This document shows, piece after piece, positions 50,101 to 62,281 of a DNA stretch of 64,000 nt. The notes below the pieces were generated by a model. The model did not search any database. It was not told where the DNA came from and worked only from the letters and a program-made list of their open reading frames with translations. Position 1 is the first letter of the stretch, and each line of letters opens with the position of its first letter. Both the position numbers and the translations under genes were made by a program. The stretch is from Pseudogymnoascus verrucosus (lineage: Eukaryota), in NCBI GenBank assembly GCA_001662655.1, contig KV460225.1. The stretch is one strand, 5' to 3'.

Positions 50101-52692
50101 GTACCACGATGTACCAACATTCAGAGAGCATATTCAGCATCTTGATTCTCTCGCTCGACGCCAAGGCTTTCCATCTATTATTCCCGCTCTAGATGGCTCT
50201 CATCCTAAGGACCACTTGCACTCTCCGGTAGTCACCCAGCTTGCCCTGGTATGCACCGAGATTGCTTTGGCAAAATACTGGGTTTCTCTTGGAATCAAGC
50301 CAGACGTGGTCATGGGTCACAGTCTGGGCGAATATGCTGCGATGCACATAGCTGGTGTGGTTACTGCAAGCGACACCATATTCATGGTTGGGCGTCGTGC
50401 TCAAATGCTAGAAGAAAAGTGCACGATTAGCAGTCATAGTATGATGGCGGTCCGGGCTACTCTTCAGCAAATAGAGGAATGCTTAGGAACAAAGCCGTAT
50501 ACGATTGCTTGTGTCAATGGACCTTCCGATACTGTCCTCAGCGGTACTAAGGAGAGTACAGATGATGTCGCTGTGGTGCTCGAGGCGGCCGGTTACCGTT
50601 GCTTCAAGTTGGACGTCGCGTTTGCTTTCCACTCAGAGCAGACCGATCCTATTTTGGATGACTTCGAGGAGATATCAAAGACTGGAGTTGTTTTTCAGGA
50701 ACCTAAACTTCCTTTCATCTCGCCATTGCTCGGAAAGGTTATTTTTGACAGTAAGACGCTGAACGCAAACTACGTTCGCCGAGCCACCAGGGAGCCTGTT
50801 GACTTCTTGTCTGCTTTGAGAAATGCTCAAAAGATTTCTACCATTAGCGATGAAACTGTCTGGATCGAAATTGGACCACATCCTGTCTGCACTAACTTTG
50901 TCAAGACTACCATCCCGTCCACGAAGCTTACCATCCCATCGATCCGTCGTGGAGATAACAACTGGAAAACCATGGCTGAAAGCATGGCTGCTCTGCATCT
51001 TGCTGGGTTTGGGGTCAGTTGGAACGAATTCCACCGCCCATTTGAGCAAAGGCTGCGCCTTTTAGACTTGCCAACATACGCCTGGAATGACAAGAACTAC
51101 TGGTTGCAGTATAATGGTGACTGGTGTCTGACTAAGGGCAATACTTTCTACGATGCCGAGAAGGAGGCTGCCAGAGCAAAATCTGTACTAAGATCGCTGC
51201 CTGCGAGCGGGTTTCTGACAACGACCGTGCAGCAGATCATCGACGAGTCTTTTAGCGATTTTGCTGGCACGGTGGTGATGCAGTCTGATCTTATGCAAGC
51301 GGATATGCTCGCCGCTGCTCATGGGCACAGCATGAACAATTGCGGTGTTGTTACATCTGTAAGTCTACAGTTTGCGAGATTCTTCAGTCACAGTGCTTAC
51401 CAATTCTGCAGTCCATCCACGCTGACCTCGCCTACACCCTCGGCGACTATATATACCGCAAGTTCTATCCCAAAGCCAAGGAAGTCAATGTTAACTTTGC
51501 CAACTTGGTTGTCGCAAAAGGCCTTGTTGCCCAAAACAGCAACAAGACTCCCCAATTGTTCCGTGTAACTGCTGTCACTGCCGACGTCCGCTCAGGCGTG
51601 GTCGACTTAACGTGGCAGAATGTTGACAATGATGGCTATGCCCACGAGCCATTTGCAACCGCCAACATAATCTATGGGGATTCATCTGAATGGATTTCAT
51701 CTTGGGCCTCATTAGGTCACCTCATCCACGGCCGCATCGAAGCGCTTGAGCGCCTAGCTACAGAGGGAAAAGCCAACCGTTTCTCTCGCAAAATGGCATA
51801 CACGATCTTTGCCAGTAACCTAGTCAACTACGCTGAGAAATACCGTGGCATGCAATCTGTGGTGATGCATGAACTAGAAGGGTTTGCTGACGTGCAACTG
51901 ACCACAAAGGAGAGTGGAGTCTGGACAGTTCCACCATACTTTATCGACAGTGTGGTGCACTTGGCTGGCTTTATCATGAACTGCTCGGATGCCATTGATA
52001 CAAAGAATAACTACTGTGTTACTCCTGGTTGGAACTCGATGCGATTCGCGAAGCCTCTGCTTCCAGGAGCCAAGTATCGGTCGTATGTCAAGATGATTCC
52101 TACAGTCGAGGATCCGACTATTTACAATGGCGACGTGTACATCATGCAAGATGATACCATCATGGGTGTGGTTGGTAGCATACAGTTCCGCAGATATCCG
52201 CGCATCCTTCTTAGCCGCTTTTTCTCGCCGCCAGACAAGATGGCCACCTTCGATGTCAAGCCAAAGGGGCAGGTGGCTGCCCCCAAAACTGCGGTCCCAG
52301 CACAAGATGCAACAAAATTTGATGCAAAAGTGTCACTCCCGATACTTGCTCGCGGTGCATCCGAACCTGACAGTGACGACAAGCAGGGCAACCCTCCTGC
52401 CCCTGCACTGCCTGCCCCCGATGCCGCCGCCCCATCTATCGTTGAATCCGCGGCCGCTTCCGGCACTACAACTGCAAAGGCAATCATGCTCATTGCCAAC
52501 GAGGCAGGCCTAGAACTTTCTGAGATGTCAGACGACGCCCTTTTCGTTAATTTGGGAATTGACAGCTTGATGTCTCTAGTTATCGCAGAAAAGCTCAGAT
52601 CAGAGCTAGAAGTCAAGGTCAGCGGCAGCCTCTTCTTGGACTACGAGACTATTGGTGATTTACGGCAGTGGTTGGATGAGTATTATAGCTAG
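47183..52692 (+). CDS. Non-reducing PKS SAT-KS-AT-PT-ACP without TE (group V, MdpG/atrochrysone carboxylic acid synthase-like)
   Basis: KS DTACSSG, HGTGT and GHGE; AT GHSLG; PT domain; [12 protein letters not shown] at the C-terminus. Introns at ~47533-47589 and ~51359-51411. Confidence 0.95.
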
Positions 52693-52860
52693 AATGGAGA
52701 GAATGACTATGGAGAAGATGGGATAACGACGCATAGTGTGTTTTTTTTATTGCGGTTTTTGTAAATTTTAATAAGGCCAGACTCTGCAATAAAGTTCAAT
52801 TCAGCATAGTTCTAAACATCTACTCTTCTATTCATGTTTATCCAGTCTCGTCACCGGACT

Positions 52861-53917
52861 CTATTTTAGCGCCATGTCCCACCCCTGTATGAACTGGGCC
52901 TCCTCCTGCGTTAATGTAATCCCAAAATACTCCTGGAGTGCCAGCAACCGTCCATCCTCGGAATTAAACTCATGTACAACCCTTGTCTTCCCCCCTACAT
53001 TAACCTTAACCAGGTTATTTACTAGCATTACCTTGCCGACAATGCTTATCTCTTGGTCATCTCCTTTCCTCCAGGCACCATCTCTAGAGAATTTAATGGG
53101 CTCACCCTCCCTTAGAAATCGAACCACTAACACAGTCCACCGATGGAGTGTCTTAGCGCTAGTCCACCAATTCTGAACCTCAAAATCCTCCTGAAAGAAC
53201 TCGATCTCAGAAAAGCTGTAGAATGAGTTCCACTCCTTATCAGAACTGTTGCGATACTGGTACACCCACAACTTCGGCTCCCGAAGGCGCTGCTTAGGAA
53301 TGTTTTCCTGTATGAGGCGTACCTCTTGGGTTCCTAGATTGCGAAGCGCAGATGCCATGCCATCCATAGGAAGAGGAGACGTCGGCCCGTCACCACCAAA
53401 CGCGACGTCGGCGCTAAACTTGGAGCCGCAAGGGAGGTGGACGATGTTGTTAATGTGCGTCCTATTTCATTAACGCCATTCATACCCTCCTCTAGGAAAC
53501 TTACCACCCCTGATATTCGCCCTGCGGCTTCCCGTCAGTCCGCGTCCGGTTGCGCACGCCCGTCATGTAGACGTGGAACCCAAGCCCGCGCAGCATGTGG
53601 TGGAAGAAGATGCTAAGTTCCATGCAGTAGCCGCCCCTGCCGTTATGATCCGGGCCCATCATTTTCGTAAACAGCACATCTGGCTGGATGTTGACCTGGT
53701 GGCTCTGGGAGTAGTGCACTGAGAGATTCTCGTAAGGAAAGGTTGTGATCTGGCATCGGAACAGCGACTGGAGGGATGTGGCTGTCTTAGGAAAGGCTGA
53801 CGGAGAATCCACGTATTGGGTTAGGGATGAGGGGAGGGAGATGCGACCGAGCCAGGCGGCAACCTGAGGGGCGGAATAGGCAGATTCCTGAGGAGTAGAG
53901 TCTCTGAAGGCGTCCAT
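52861..53917 (-). CDS. Arylamine N-acetyltransferase family protein
   Basis: FPYENL, GRGGYCME (Cys), THINNIV (His) and ADVAFGG (Asp) give an intact triad; one short intron ~53462-53504. Confidence 0.9.
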
Positions 53918-54564
53918 GATAGTGTTGAAGAAGAGTTCGACGACTTGACAGCACTCATACTCACAGGCCTGACACACATGACTAACCTCTCCTTCTATCT
54001 TAGGGTGTTGGCTATCAAGACCATGTCGTGCTTAGATATGTCGTGCTTGGCCCGCGCATACCTACTTTACCGAATACCGAATGGTGGGGAGTATTTTCTG
54101 TAAGTGACCGCCTGCCAAATCGAGATTAATCTTATATATTATTGGCTTTTTTGTGGATGCGCTCGCTTGTAAAAGTATATTTCCCCGGGTTTTTCTACTG
54201 TGCCGGACTTTCGCAACCGTGCCGGACTTCCTGCACCATGAACCATGATATTGGATATGTCCGGAATCCCTGTACCACCGTGATTGGGCTATGATATTCT
54301 CAAAATGCCGGAATCCCTGTGCCGCCGCTGTCAGATTATGCTGCATTATTTATCGATTTTAGACTTTGCACCCGTATTCCGATTGGAATCCATCATTGGT
54401 GAATATAGGAAACGGATGTATGTGATGTGGACTTGATGGAGTATTTAAAGAGGGTGGTTCCCCCAGCCTATGCCTCGATATCCAACTCAATTTCGCATCA
54501 TCCATCATTACAAGTCTAAGCAGTGCATTTAAACTGCAGATCTAAACAAAATCAATACTTCATC

Positions 54565-55485
54565 ATGCTTGTTCTTATTGCCGGAATTACTGGAAGCCTT
54601 GGCAAGCGCCTTGCTGAAATTGCCATTGCACGAGGGCTGTCTGTCCGCGGTTTAGGCCGCAACCCCGACAGCCTTGGTCCTGAAATATCAGAACATCTGG
54701 AATCCTTTGTCAAAAGCGACTCATACTATGACATCCCAGCTCATGAGAAAGCCGTCGCCGGAGTCGATGCGGTGATCAATGCCTATTCTCCAATCCCTAT
54801 GCTAGATCTCGACGGCCACCTTCTTCTCATTCGCGCCGCAGAGCGGGCCCAAATTAAGGTGTTCGTCGCTTCCTCCTGGAGCCGTGACTGGACCAATATC
54901 AAGTTCAATGATTTCGAGCATTACAACAACCATCTTGCTTTCGAGCATCAGATCGCGACGACCAGCACCATCCGCCCAGTCTACATACTTACTGGTATCT
55001 TCACAGACCTTCTATTCACGCCTTACGGGCCTGGAGGATTTGATACGAGCGGCGACAGGCCGCGCATGCGCTACTGGGGCAACGAGAACACCAAGAGCAA
55101 ATGGCCTTGGAGCACCCAAGACGATGCCGCATCGCGCACAATTGATATTTTGCTCTATGGCGACGGCGTCCAAGCTGGGAAGGGCGGCTTTTTCAAAATT
55201 CGCTCTGGAGTGACGACCATCGAGGAGCTCGCGGTGGTATACGAGAAAGTCTTTGGGGTTAAAGTCGACGTTACTCGCGCGGGTAGCGTGGATGATCTCG
55301 AGAAGGAACTTGCTCGGCTGAGAGAGGAGAAGGGCAGGACTGGGTATGGTGAGTACATGGCTGAAGCTGCAGCATTGATTGCAAGCAAGGGATTGTGGGA
55401 AAACAGGGACCTCACTGTCCTGGACCAGTTTAAAAAATCCCCAACGCTCGAGGAACACTTCACGGAAGTGAAAAACAAGGCCTAA
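54565..55485 (+). CDS. NmrA-like NAD(P)-binding protein
   Basis: MLVLIAGITGSLG Rossmann motif; intronless. Confidence 0.85.
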   Translation: MLVLIAGITGSLGKRLAEIAIARGLSVRGLGRNPDSLGPEISEHLESFVKSDSYYDIPAHEKAVAGVDAVINAYSPIPMLDLDGHLLLIRAAERAQIKVFVASSWSRDWTNIKFNDFEHYNNHLAFEHQIATTSTIRPVYILTGIFTDLLFTPYGPGGFDTSGDRPRMRYWGNENTKSKWPWSTQDDAASRTIDILLYGDGVQAGKGGFFKIRSGVTTIEELAVVYEKVFGVKVDVTRAGSVDDLEKELARLREEKGRTGYGEYMAEAAALIASKGLWENRDLTVLDQFKKSPTLEEHFTEVKNKA

Positions 55486-56495
55486 TACGCCAGGGGGGTT
55501 ATACTAGTTGGGAGTTAGGAGCAGACTAGATGCGGAACGTTCATGTTACTAGCCTACAGAATTAGAACTTGTTTACAATTATTTTTCCTATATTACATTC
55601 GTACTCAAATTATGGTACAGAGATATGTATTGTACATTCCATAGTGCACATAAATTACGGTAGAGTAGTCCGCAACTGCACCGTGATGTTATCTGGGAAG
55701 GCGAGGTATTGACCTCAATACTCACATGTTTCATCAGAAGGTCACCTCATATACTAACTGTTGCTACTATGACGTCTTAGGTCACAATATAGCTGGTGTG
55801 GTAGGATTAGATTCACGCCATTTCTGGAGCCCGATGAGACTATTTTCTAATTACAGAATAACCTCGAGCTTCGTATAGATTTTCCAGATAGATCTAGGGG
55901 CTCTTTGACGCTCAAGTTGCTATTTTGGCAGCACAATTATTTACTTTACTCTCATATATGAAACAATGTACTTCATTATTTTAGATCTTCATTATTTTAG
56001 ATAGGCGCTCAAAATTATGTAGGCCAATCTACGTAAGTTAATTCCAAGCCTAGGTGGATCCCTAGTTTAGCCCCCGCTGTCATGATCTGACTTTCGGCCC
56101 AGACTTAATTTTGGCGCCGAATATGAATACTAGGCAGATAGATAGTCGATTTATGATAATAAATGGCGTGGTCTAGAACCCTAGCCTCTCATTAAGCAGT
56201 GCCAACAAGACACTAACATGGTTGAAACTAAGTTAAAGGCGTGCTTATGATAAATGCTGGTCTTATGGTTCGTTCTGGCTTTCTCAGGCACGCGCTATTG
56301 GAAAACATTCGACGGTGGTACGCGCGACCGCTCCTTCAACACGCACAATAGAGGGAGTATTTACGCTTGGGACCAAAAATCAAAAATCTGCCTTTTTCAT
56401 CAATAACTACATATCACTATCAGGCAAATTTATCAACGGACTTGGATAAGACCGTGGGATACCTACCAGAGCCCGTCCGCATACGGTGTTGAGAC

Positions 56496-59056
56496 ATGAG
56501 CACCAACAGCATCAAGAAGGCAAGTAGCCGCAGCAACAGAGGCCCAAAATGGGACGATGTTAAAAAATGCGAAAGACTAGTTCCTGAAACGTCAAAAAAG
56601 CCAGAATCAGGATCTCTTCCCACATCGCAGAATGTGACCATCGATACCACGAACTCCCCTGGTTCTGAACATCCTGGTGTGGCCTCATCTGCCGTATCAC
56701 CTCAAGCAAAACCGATTGTTACACCTTCTGCAGAAGACAGGGCAGTTTCAGAGGCAATAGACGCAATAGAGGACCTCACAACCGACTTTGACGCGACCAG
56801 CACTGAGGCAGGTCCCAGTAAGCGGACCCAAAAAGCCACCGAAAAGCGAAATAGGAAAACTCTTAAGTCAGACACTACTGCTGCAATTTCTCAAAAGAAA
56901 GTGTCTCAAACTCGATCTGTTAACGACAGTCCCAATAACAACTACCAAGGCTCGTTCCCAACCGATGATGCTTATGAGAATAGTCCTGCATCATCCGAGT
57001 CATCTCTATGGGGGGACGACCAGTCATGGAATACCCCAAACTACCTCAGCTTTGATCCAGCAAGGCTCTTGGTATATCAAATGAAACCACAGCGTAAAAC
57101 AATGCGCCAGCGGCTTTCTTCCATAAAGCAGAAAGCCGTTGAGATTGCAACTGACGTGGATTGGGTGAAAGACGCCATGGCCAGCATGCGTATCAAAACC
57201 GGCGCGGAAAGTCCCAGAAATAAAGAGAAGAGTGCCAAAAACTCACGCAAGGATTCAAAGGACACATTTGATGTGATCTTAAGAGGTGGGTTCGGCGATA
57301 TTTTGGGCTTGAACGGCGGAGGAAATGATATTTCTGGCTTTGGTGAAGGGAGCGATACCTGTGTGAGTATTCATGTCCATCTATTTACTCAACGCAGCGT
57401 TCATCTAACGATACAGTTATAGTGTGCTCAGCTTTCAGCCGGTTTGGGATCCTCAGTGGTTTTCAATTCAAGCAGCGCGTATGCCAAATCACAGAGTTCG
57501 TATTGGGCGTTGCAACAGTCAGAACTCATCCCAAGCTGCATTGTTGTGCCATCGACAGCCTCCGAGGTGTCAGACGCCATCTCCATCATTTCAACCATCG
57601 AATCATGCCACTTTGCAGTTAAAGGTGCAGGGCATGGAACTGTTGTTGGAGCTGCAAATATTGATGGAGGAGTCAAGTTTGATATGAGCCAGCTCAACGA
57701 AATCGAGACCAACTCAGAGGGAACTGTCGCCAGAATTGGAGCTGGAAGTCAATGGGGAGAGGTCTATGAGTATCTTGACAACAGAAGCCTTTCCGTTGCC
57801 GGCGGCCGGAACGGCGATGTTGGCGTAGCTGGTGTGCTCCTCGGAGGTTTGTAACGAATGAATTTAAAAATCTGCTGTTGCCGTGAATCCTTATCTGACT
57901 GTGAAAAGGTGGCATATCATTTTATGGCCCGCGAGTAGGCTGGGCAACCGATAATATCTTAAATGTCGAAGTAAGTTGGTATTTTTAAGTGATTCCTGTA
58001 TCAAAGCTGATAGTTTCAGGTCGTGCTTGCCTCGGGAGAGATCGTCAACGCCAACGCCACTTCCAACCAAGACCTTCTGAAAGCTTTGAAGGGAGGAAAC
58101 AGCAATTTTGGCATCGCAACATCATTTGATCTGCGCACATTTCCTCAGGGGGAAATGTGGATTGGTTATCTCGGCCAATCCATCAATAGTCGCGAGGAAG
58201 TTTTCCAAGCTATCAGCGATATTGCGTCGAATGCAAATGAGGACCCTTTTGCTGCCTTGGTGGGCGATTTCAAGTTTAATTCCGCCACCAAATCTTGGGT
58301 CATGAACCATACTGTGGCATACACAAAGCCAGTTGCCAATCCGCCAATCTTTCAGCCGTTGGTCAATATTAAGCCCCAATTGAGCAACAATATTGCAATC
58401 ACAAACATCAGCTCTATTGCTCTGGGGCAGAAGATGGGCGCCAAAGTTGCGTACAATAAGTAAGTGAAAAGCAATTGAAGTAGATAACCCAAACTAACAA
58501 AAAACAGGAATCACCTGTCTTACACAGGCACATACGGCAACGATGCAGCACTTCTCTCCAAGATTTTTGACATTAGCAACGCCACCGTCCACAAGATTAT
58601 GCCGCAGATCAATGGTGGCATCAAGTGGGTTACAATGATGGAGCCATTTCCAGCGCTTGTAGACAGTTTCGGAGAAAAGAATGGCGGAAACTCACTCGGA
58701 CTAAGCGCTGACACTGGAGACCGTATTGGTAAGTCATCTATTGTGAGATATCAGCACATTGCTCACACCAACCAACCACAGTCATCCTACAATTGGCGCA
58801 ATTCGAAGGCCACGGCGCGAACGACTTGGTCGACACGGAACTCCACAACATGTTCGATGAGATCGCGAGCGTGGCGTCGGAGATGGGACTCTTGCGCCGG
58901 TTCCGGTACTTAAATTATGCCGACAAGCAACAGAACCCTATCGCTTCATACGGGCCGGAGAATGTGGCGCAATTGCAAGCCACGAGCAAGAAATACGATC
59001 CACACGGGCTGTTCCAACGACAAGCGCCTGGCGGGTTTAAGCTTGGAATGCAGTAG
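56496..59056 (+). CDS. FAD-linked (BBE-like) oxidoreductase with atypical N-terminal extension
   Basis: PSCIVVP, FAVKGAGH, VGVAGVLLGG, ALKGGNSNFGI and YLNYA..KYDP.GLF; multiple introns. Start position uncertain. Confidence 0.8.
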
Positions 59057-59896
59057 TGATTTATTTATTGTAAGTTGATGGAATCAGGTTTGATAAATGG
59101 AGTTATTTACGGCGACGACTCGATTTCATCAAGGAGGCAGATAGTAAAGGGAAGTGATCGACGACAATCATGTTCCAAATACCACTCTACCTTTCCTCTC
59201 GGCCTGTCATAATTGTGTGAGGGACGGCTGCGTCACGATATACATCGGGATAATGGGGAAACATAAAGACGAGGGCCGTTTGACAGGAAATCTGGGGAAT
59301 GGAAGAAAAGAAGCTTGGCTAGAAATCGCTGAGTGGAGGAATAATCCGATCCCGTTTCCCCGCCATTCACCGCCGTCATTCCTGCTGTTGGTTCGATATT
59401 TATTGGTGGATGGAACATCTTCAATCCGACCCCTGGATGATCTACTATATTTTGTTAACTTAAATATGTTTGCGCTGTTTGCTATGTTAATTTCAGACAC
59501 TTCTTCACGACTCGACTCCTCCTGTGATCTACTAACCAACTCCCGGTCTTGGTTTTGATAGTGTGACATAAATTCATGGTGGAGAGCCAAGCATAGCTTT
59601 AAAGGACCCCGCAAGATGGAGAGGCTATGTCAAGAATGCGGGGATTTAGAGAGGAATGCTAAGACGGATAAATATATCAGGACAACAGAGCACTCTTGGA
59701 ATAATAGAGATTCGTGATCAACGACGGCCGATCTGCTTGAAGGGTTCCGCCTCATCTTTATAAAGAGGGAACATGTCCAGCCTTTCTCTTCTCTCGTCGC
59801 TCGTTGCATCTCATCCCATTCCATATTTTGCCGTCCACCGCCGCAGACCTCGTCTCGCCTCATTTACTGATTAAAGCTTGGCGTATCTTCGAAAAC

Positions 59897-61234
59897 ATGA
59901 AGTTCACACTTGCCCTCGCGGCTAACTTTCTGGTCGGTGCGGCCGTTGCGGCCCCTGGTCCTGCCAAAGACTGTAAGGAGTCGTTTGGCCTTGAGGGATT
60001 CGCCAAGGAGAACCCGCTCGGCGTGACGACTGGTGGAAAGGGTGGGCCAACAACCACTGTCACAGCAGCTGCTGCGCTCGCAACCGCTGTCCTGGTAAGA
60101 AACATCTTCGACCAGCGTTCAATCCGTCTGGCAAGTATATCTGACTCGAGCAGGGCAAGAATCCTCTCACCGTTGTCATTAAGGGTGACTTTGACCTTCC
60201 TGCGCGCCTCCTGGTCGGCTCCAACAAGAGCCTTATTGGCCATGGCAAAGGTGCAACTATCACTGGCAAAGGTGTCACTATCAAAGCCGCGGATAATGTG
60301 ATAATTCAGAACTTACACATCCACGATATCCTCGACGATGACTGCATTACGATTCACAGTTCAACCAGAGTCTGGATTGACCACAACGAGTTTTCCTCTG
60401 ACATCGATGGCGGACCTGATAAATTTGTATGCTGAACTTCTTTGCCGTGTTATACCGCATTCCAATTGTCGATGGACAGGAAATTCGGTGGTTTGACGTT
60501 CTGAGCAAGGCTAACTGTTGCTTTACAGGATGGTCAGCTTGATATTATACACGCGTCAGACTTCATCACCGTGTCCTGGAACTACTTCCATGACCACTGG
60601 AAGGTAACTGCCCCTCTGAAAACTGACATTCGTTCTGTACCAACACTTTCTAGTCATCTCTCGTCGGCAACAGCGATGCCTACGGCGACGAGGACAGTGG
60701 ACATCTCCGCGTGACATATCACCACAACCACTGGAACAACATGGGCACCCGCGGCAATGGTGTGTAGCCTGTTTCCTTTCCACCCTCCCGGTTTAGTGTT
60801 GACTAAAAATATCCGCAGCGGGTCGATTCGGACACCAGCATCTGTACAACAACTTCTACAATGACTTCCATTACCAGGCCATCCACTCCCGCTCCAACAA
60901 CCAGGTCCTTGTCGAGGGCAACGTCTTCCGTGGCGACACCCCCGAGGCACTGAGCACCTACGGTCTTGTCATCCCAATGGACTCCCCGAACACCTCGCCT
61001 GATGGCGATTATGAGATTGATGGATTTGCCAACCTTGGCGCCAGTAAGACTTGCTCTCATCTTATCTGCTGTAAACTCAGGCTAATACCAAAAATAGAGA
61101 ACGACTTCGGCAGATCGGGCGTGAATATTACTCAGAAGGGAAACTTCACTAAGGCTCCGTATAAGTACAAGCTGACACCGCTGAAATCTGTCGAGGGATT
61201 GGTTAAACAGGGTGCTGGGCGTGGAAAGATTTGA
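59897..61234 (+). CDS. Pectate lyase (PL1), secreted
   Basis: Signal peptide, TTGGKGG, VGSNKSL, NVIIQNL, VWIDHNEF and DGQLDI; several introns. Confidence 0.92.
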
Positions 61235-61430
61235 GTGTTTGCCGTTTCCCACAGTTGCAATGCAAGTACGTAGGTGAGAAGATGGCTAGGAAGTTAGCTA
61301 GCAATACATAGCAAATAATGAAAAAGATACTTAATACCAATACTTGTGCCAGCCTCCAGCAGCCAAGACGGGACTCGGCGACTTTCTGCAGACTCTATAG
61401 GTCCCTCCTCCTTTACCCCTCCCTTGCTAC

Positions 61431-61625
61431 AAGGCCCTTGACTATATGGTTAATGATCCATAACCGACAAAAAAGGAAGGACAGTAGATCAGCAAAACAT
61501 GAAGTACAGCACCCTTCTTCTTTACTCTAACTTTACTATAAGGCCCCTTGACTATATGGTTAATGATATCCATAACTGACAAAAAGGAAGGACGATAGAG
61601 CAACAAGATATGAAGAACAGCGCAC
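61431..61625. repeat. Intergenic degenerate tandem duplication (~110-bp period)
   Basis: AAGGCCC(C)TTGACTATATGGTTAATGAT..CCATAAC.GACAAAAAGGAAGGAC at 61431 and 61540. Confidence 0.8.
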
Positions 61626-62281
61626 TATCCCACTTCCATCACTAGCTTCGGACATCGTACCTCGTTCCTCGCACCTGCATCGTACCTGCCTTTCCCGTCC
61701 ATCCGGAACAACAAGCGTCCCGGATGATCTTGGCAAATCGCGTTAGAGTGTTCGATAGCCCCACGTGTCACGCCGACCCGCCCTTTACCGTGCTTAGAGC
61801 AAGTAAGCCCGCCATAATCCATCGCAGCTCATCTTAAATAATTCTCACTTTGGCGTCTTCGACGCCTTAGACGGCGAGAACCACACAGAAACTCCTTCTA
61901 GAGCAACTTTAGCTGGAATAGCCTCCAACTATCGACTGAATACCAAGCAAAACTAAGCAAAATTATACAAAATGTGACAGCAGACATCACAATTCGGCAT
62001 AGTGCCGCCATTACGCCCCATGATGTCTTGTTTTCGCCGAGTAAGAACCCGCATTAGCTTGTTCCCTGTGGTTATCAAGATCGACACGTGGGGTACTTTC
62101 AACATCTTCCACGGCTTCGACGGCTTCGATAATTTGCGCCTCGATCTGAAGCCTGCTTCTTCGAATTCCATAAGTATGCCCGATATGCCCGCTATGTCTC
62201 CTTTGGCTTTTCTCTCCGCTGCAAGAGCGCCCATCCTTCCTTGCTTTTGCTCCCTCGTTCGGCGCATTTCCCAATCACAAG

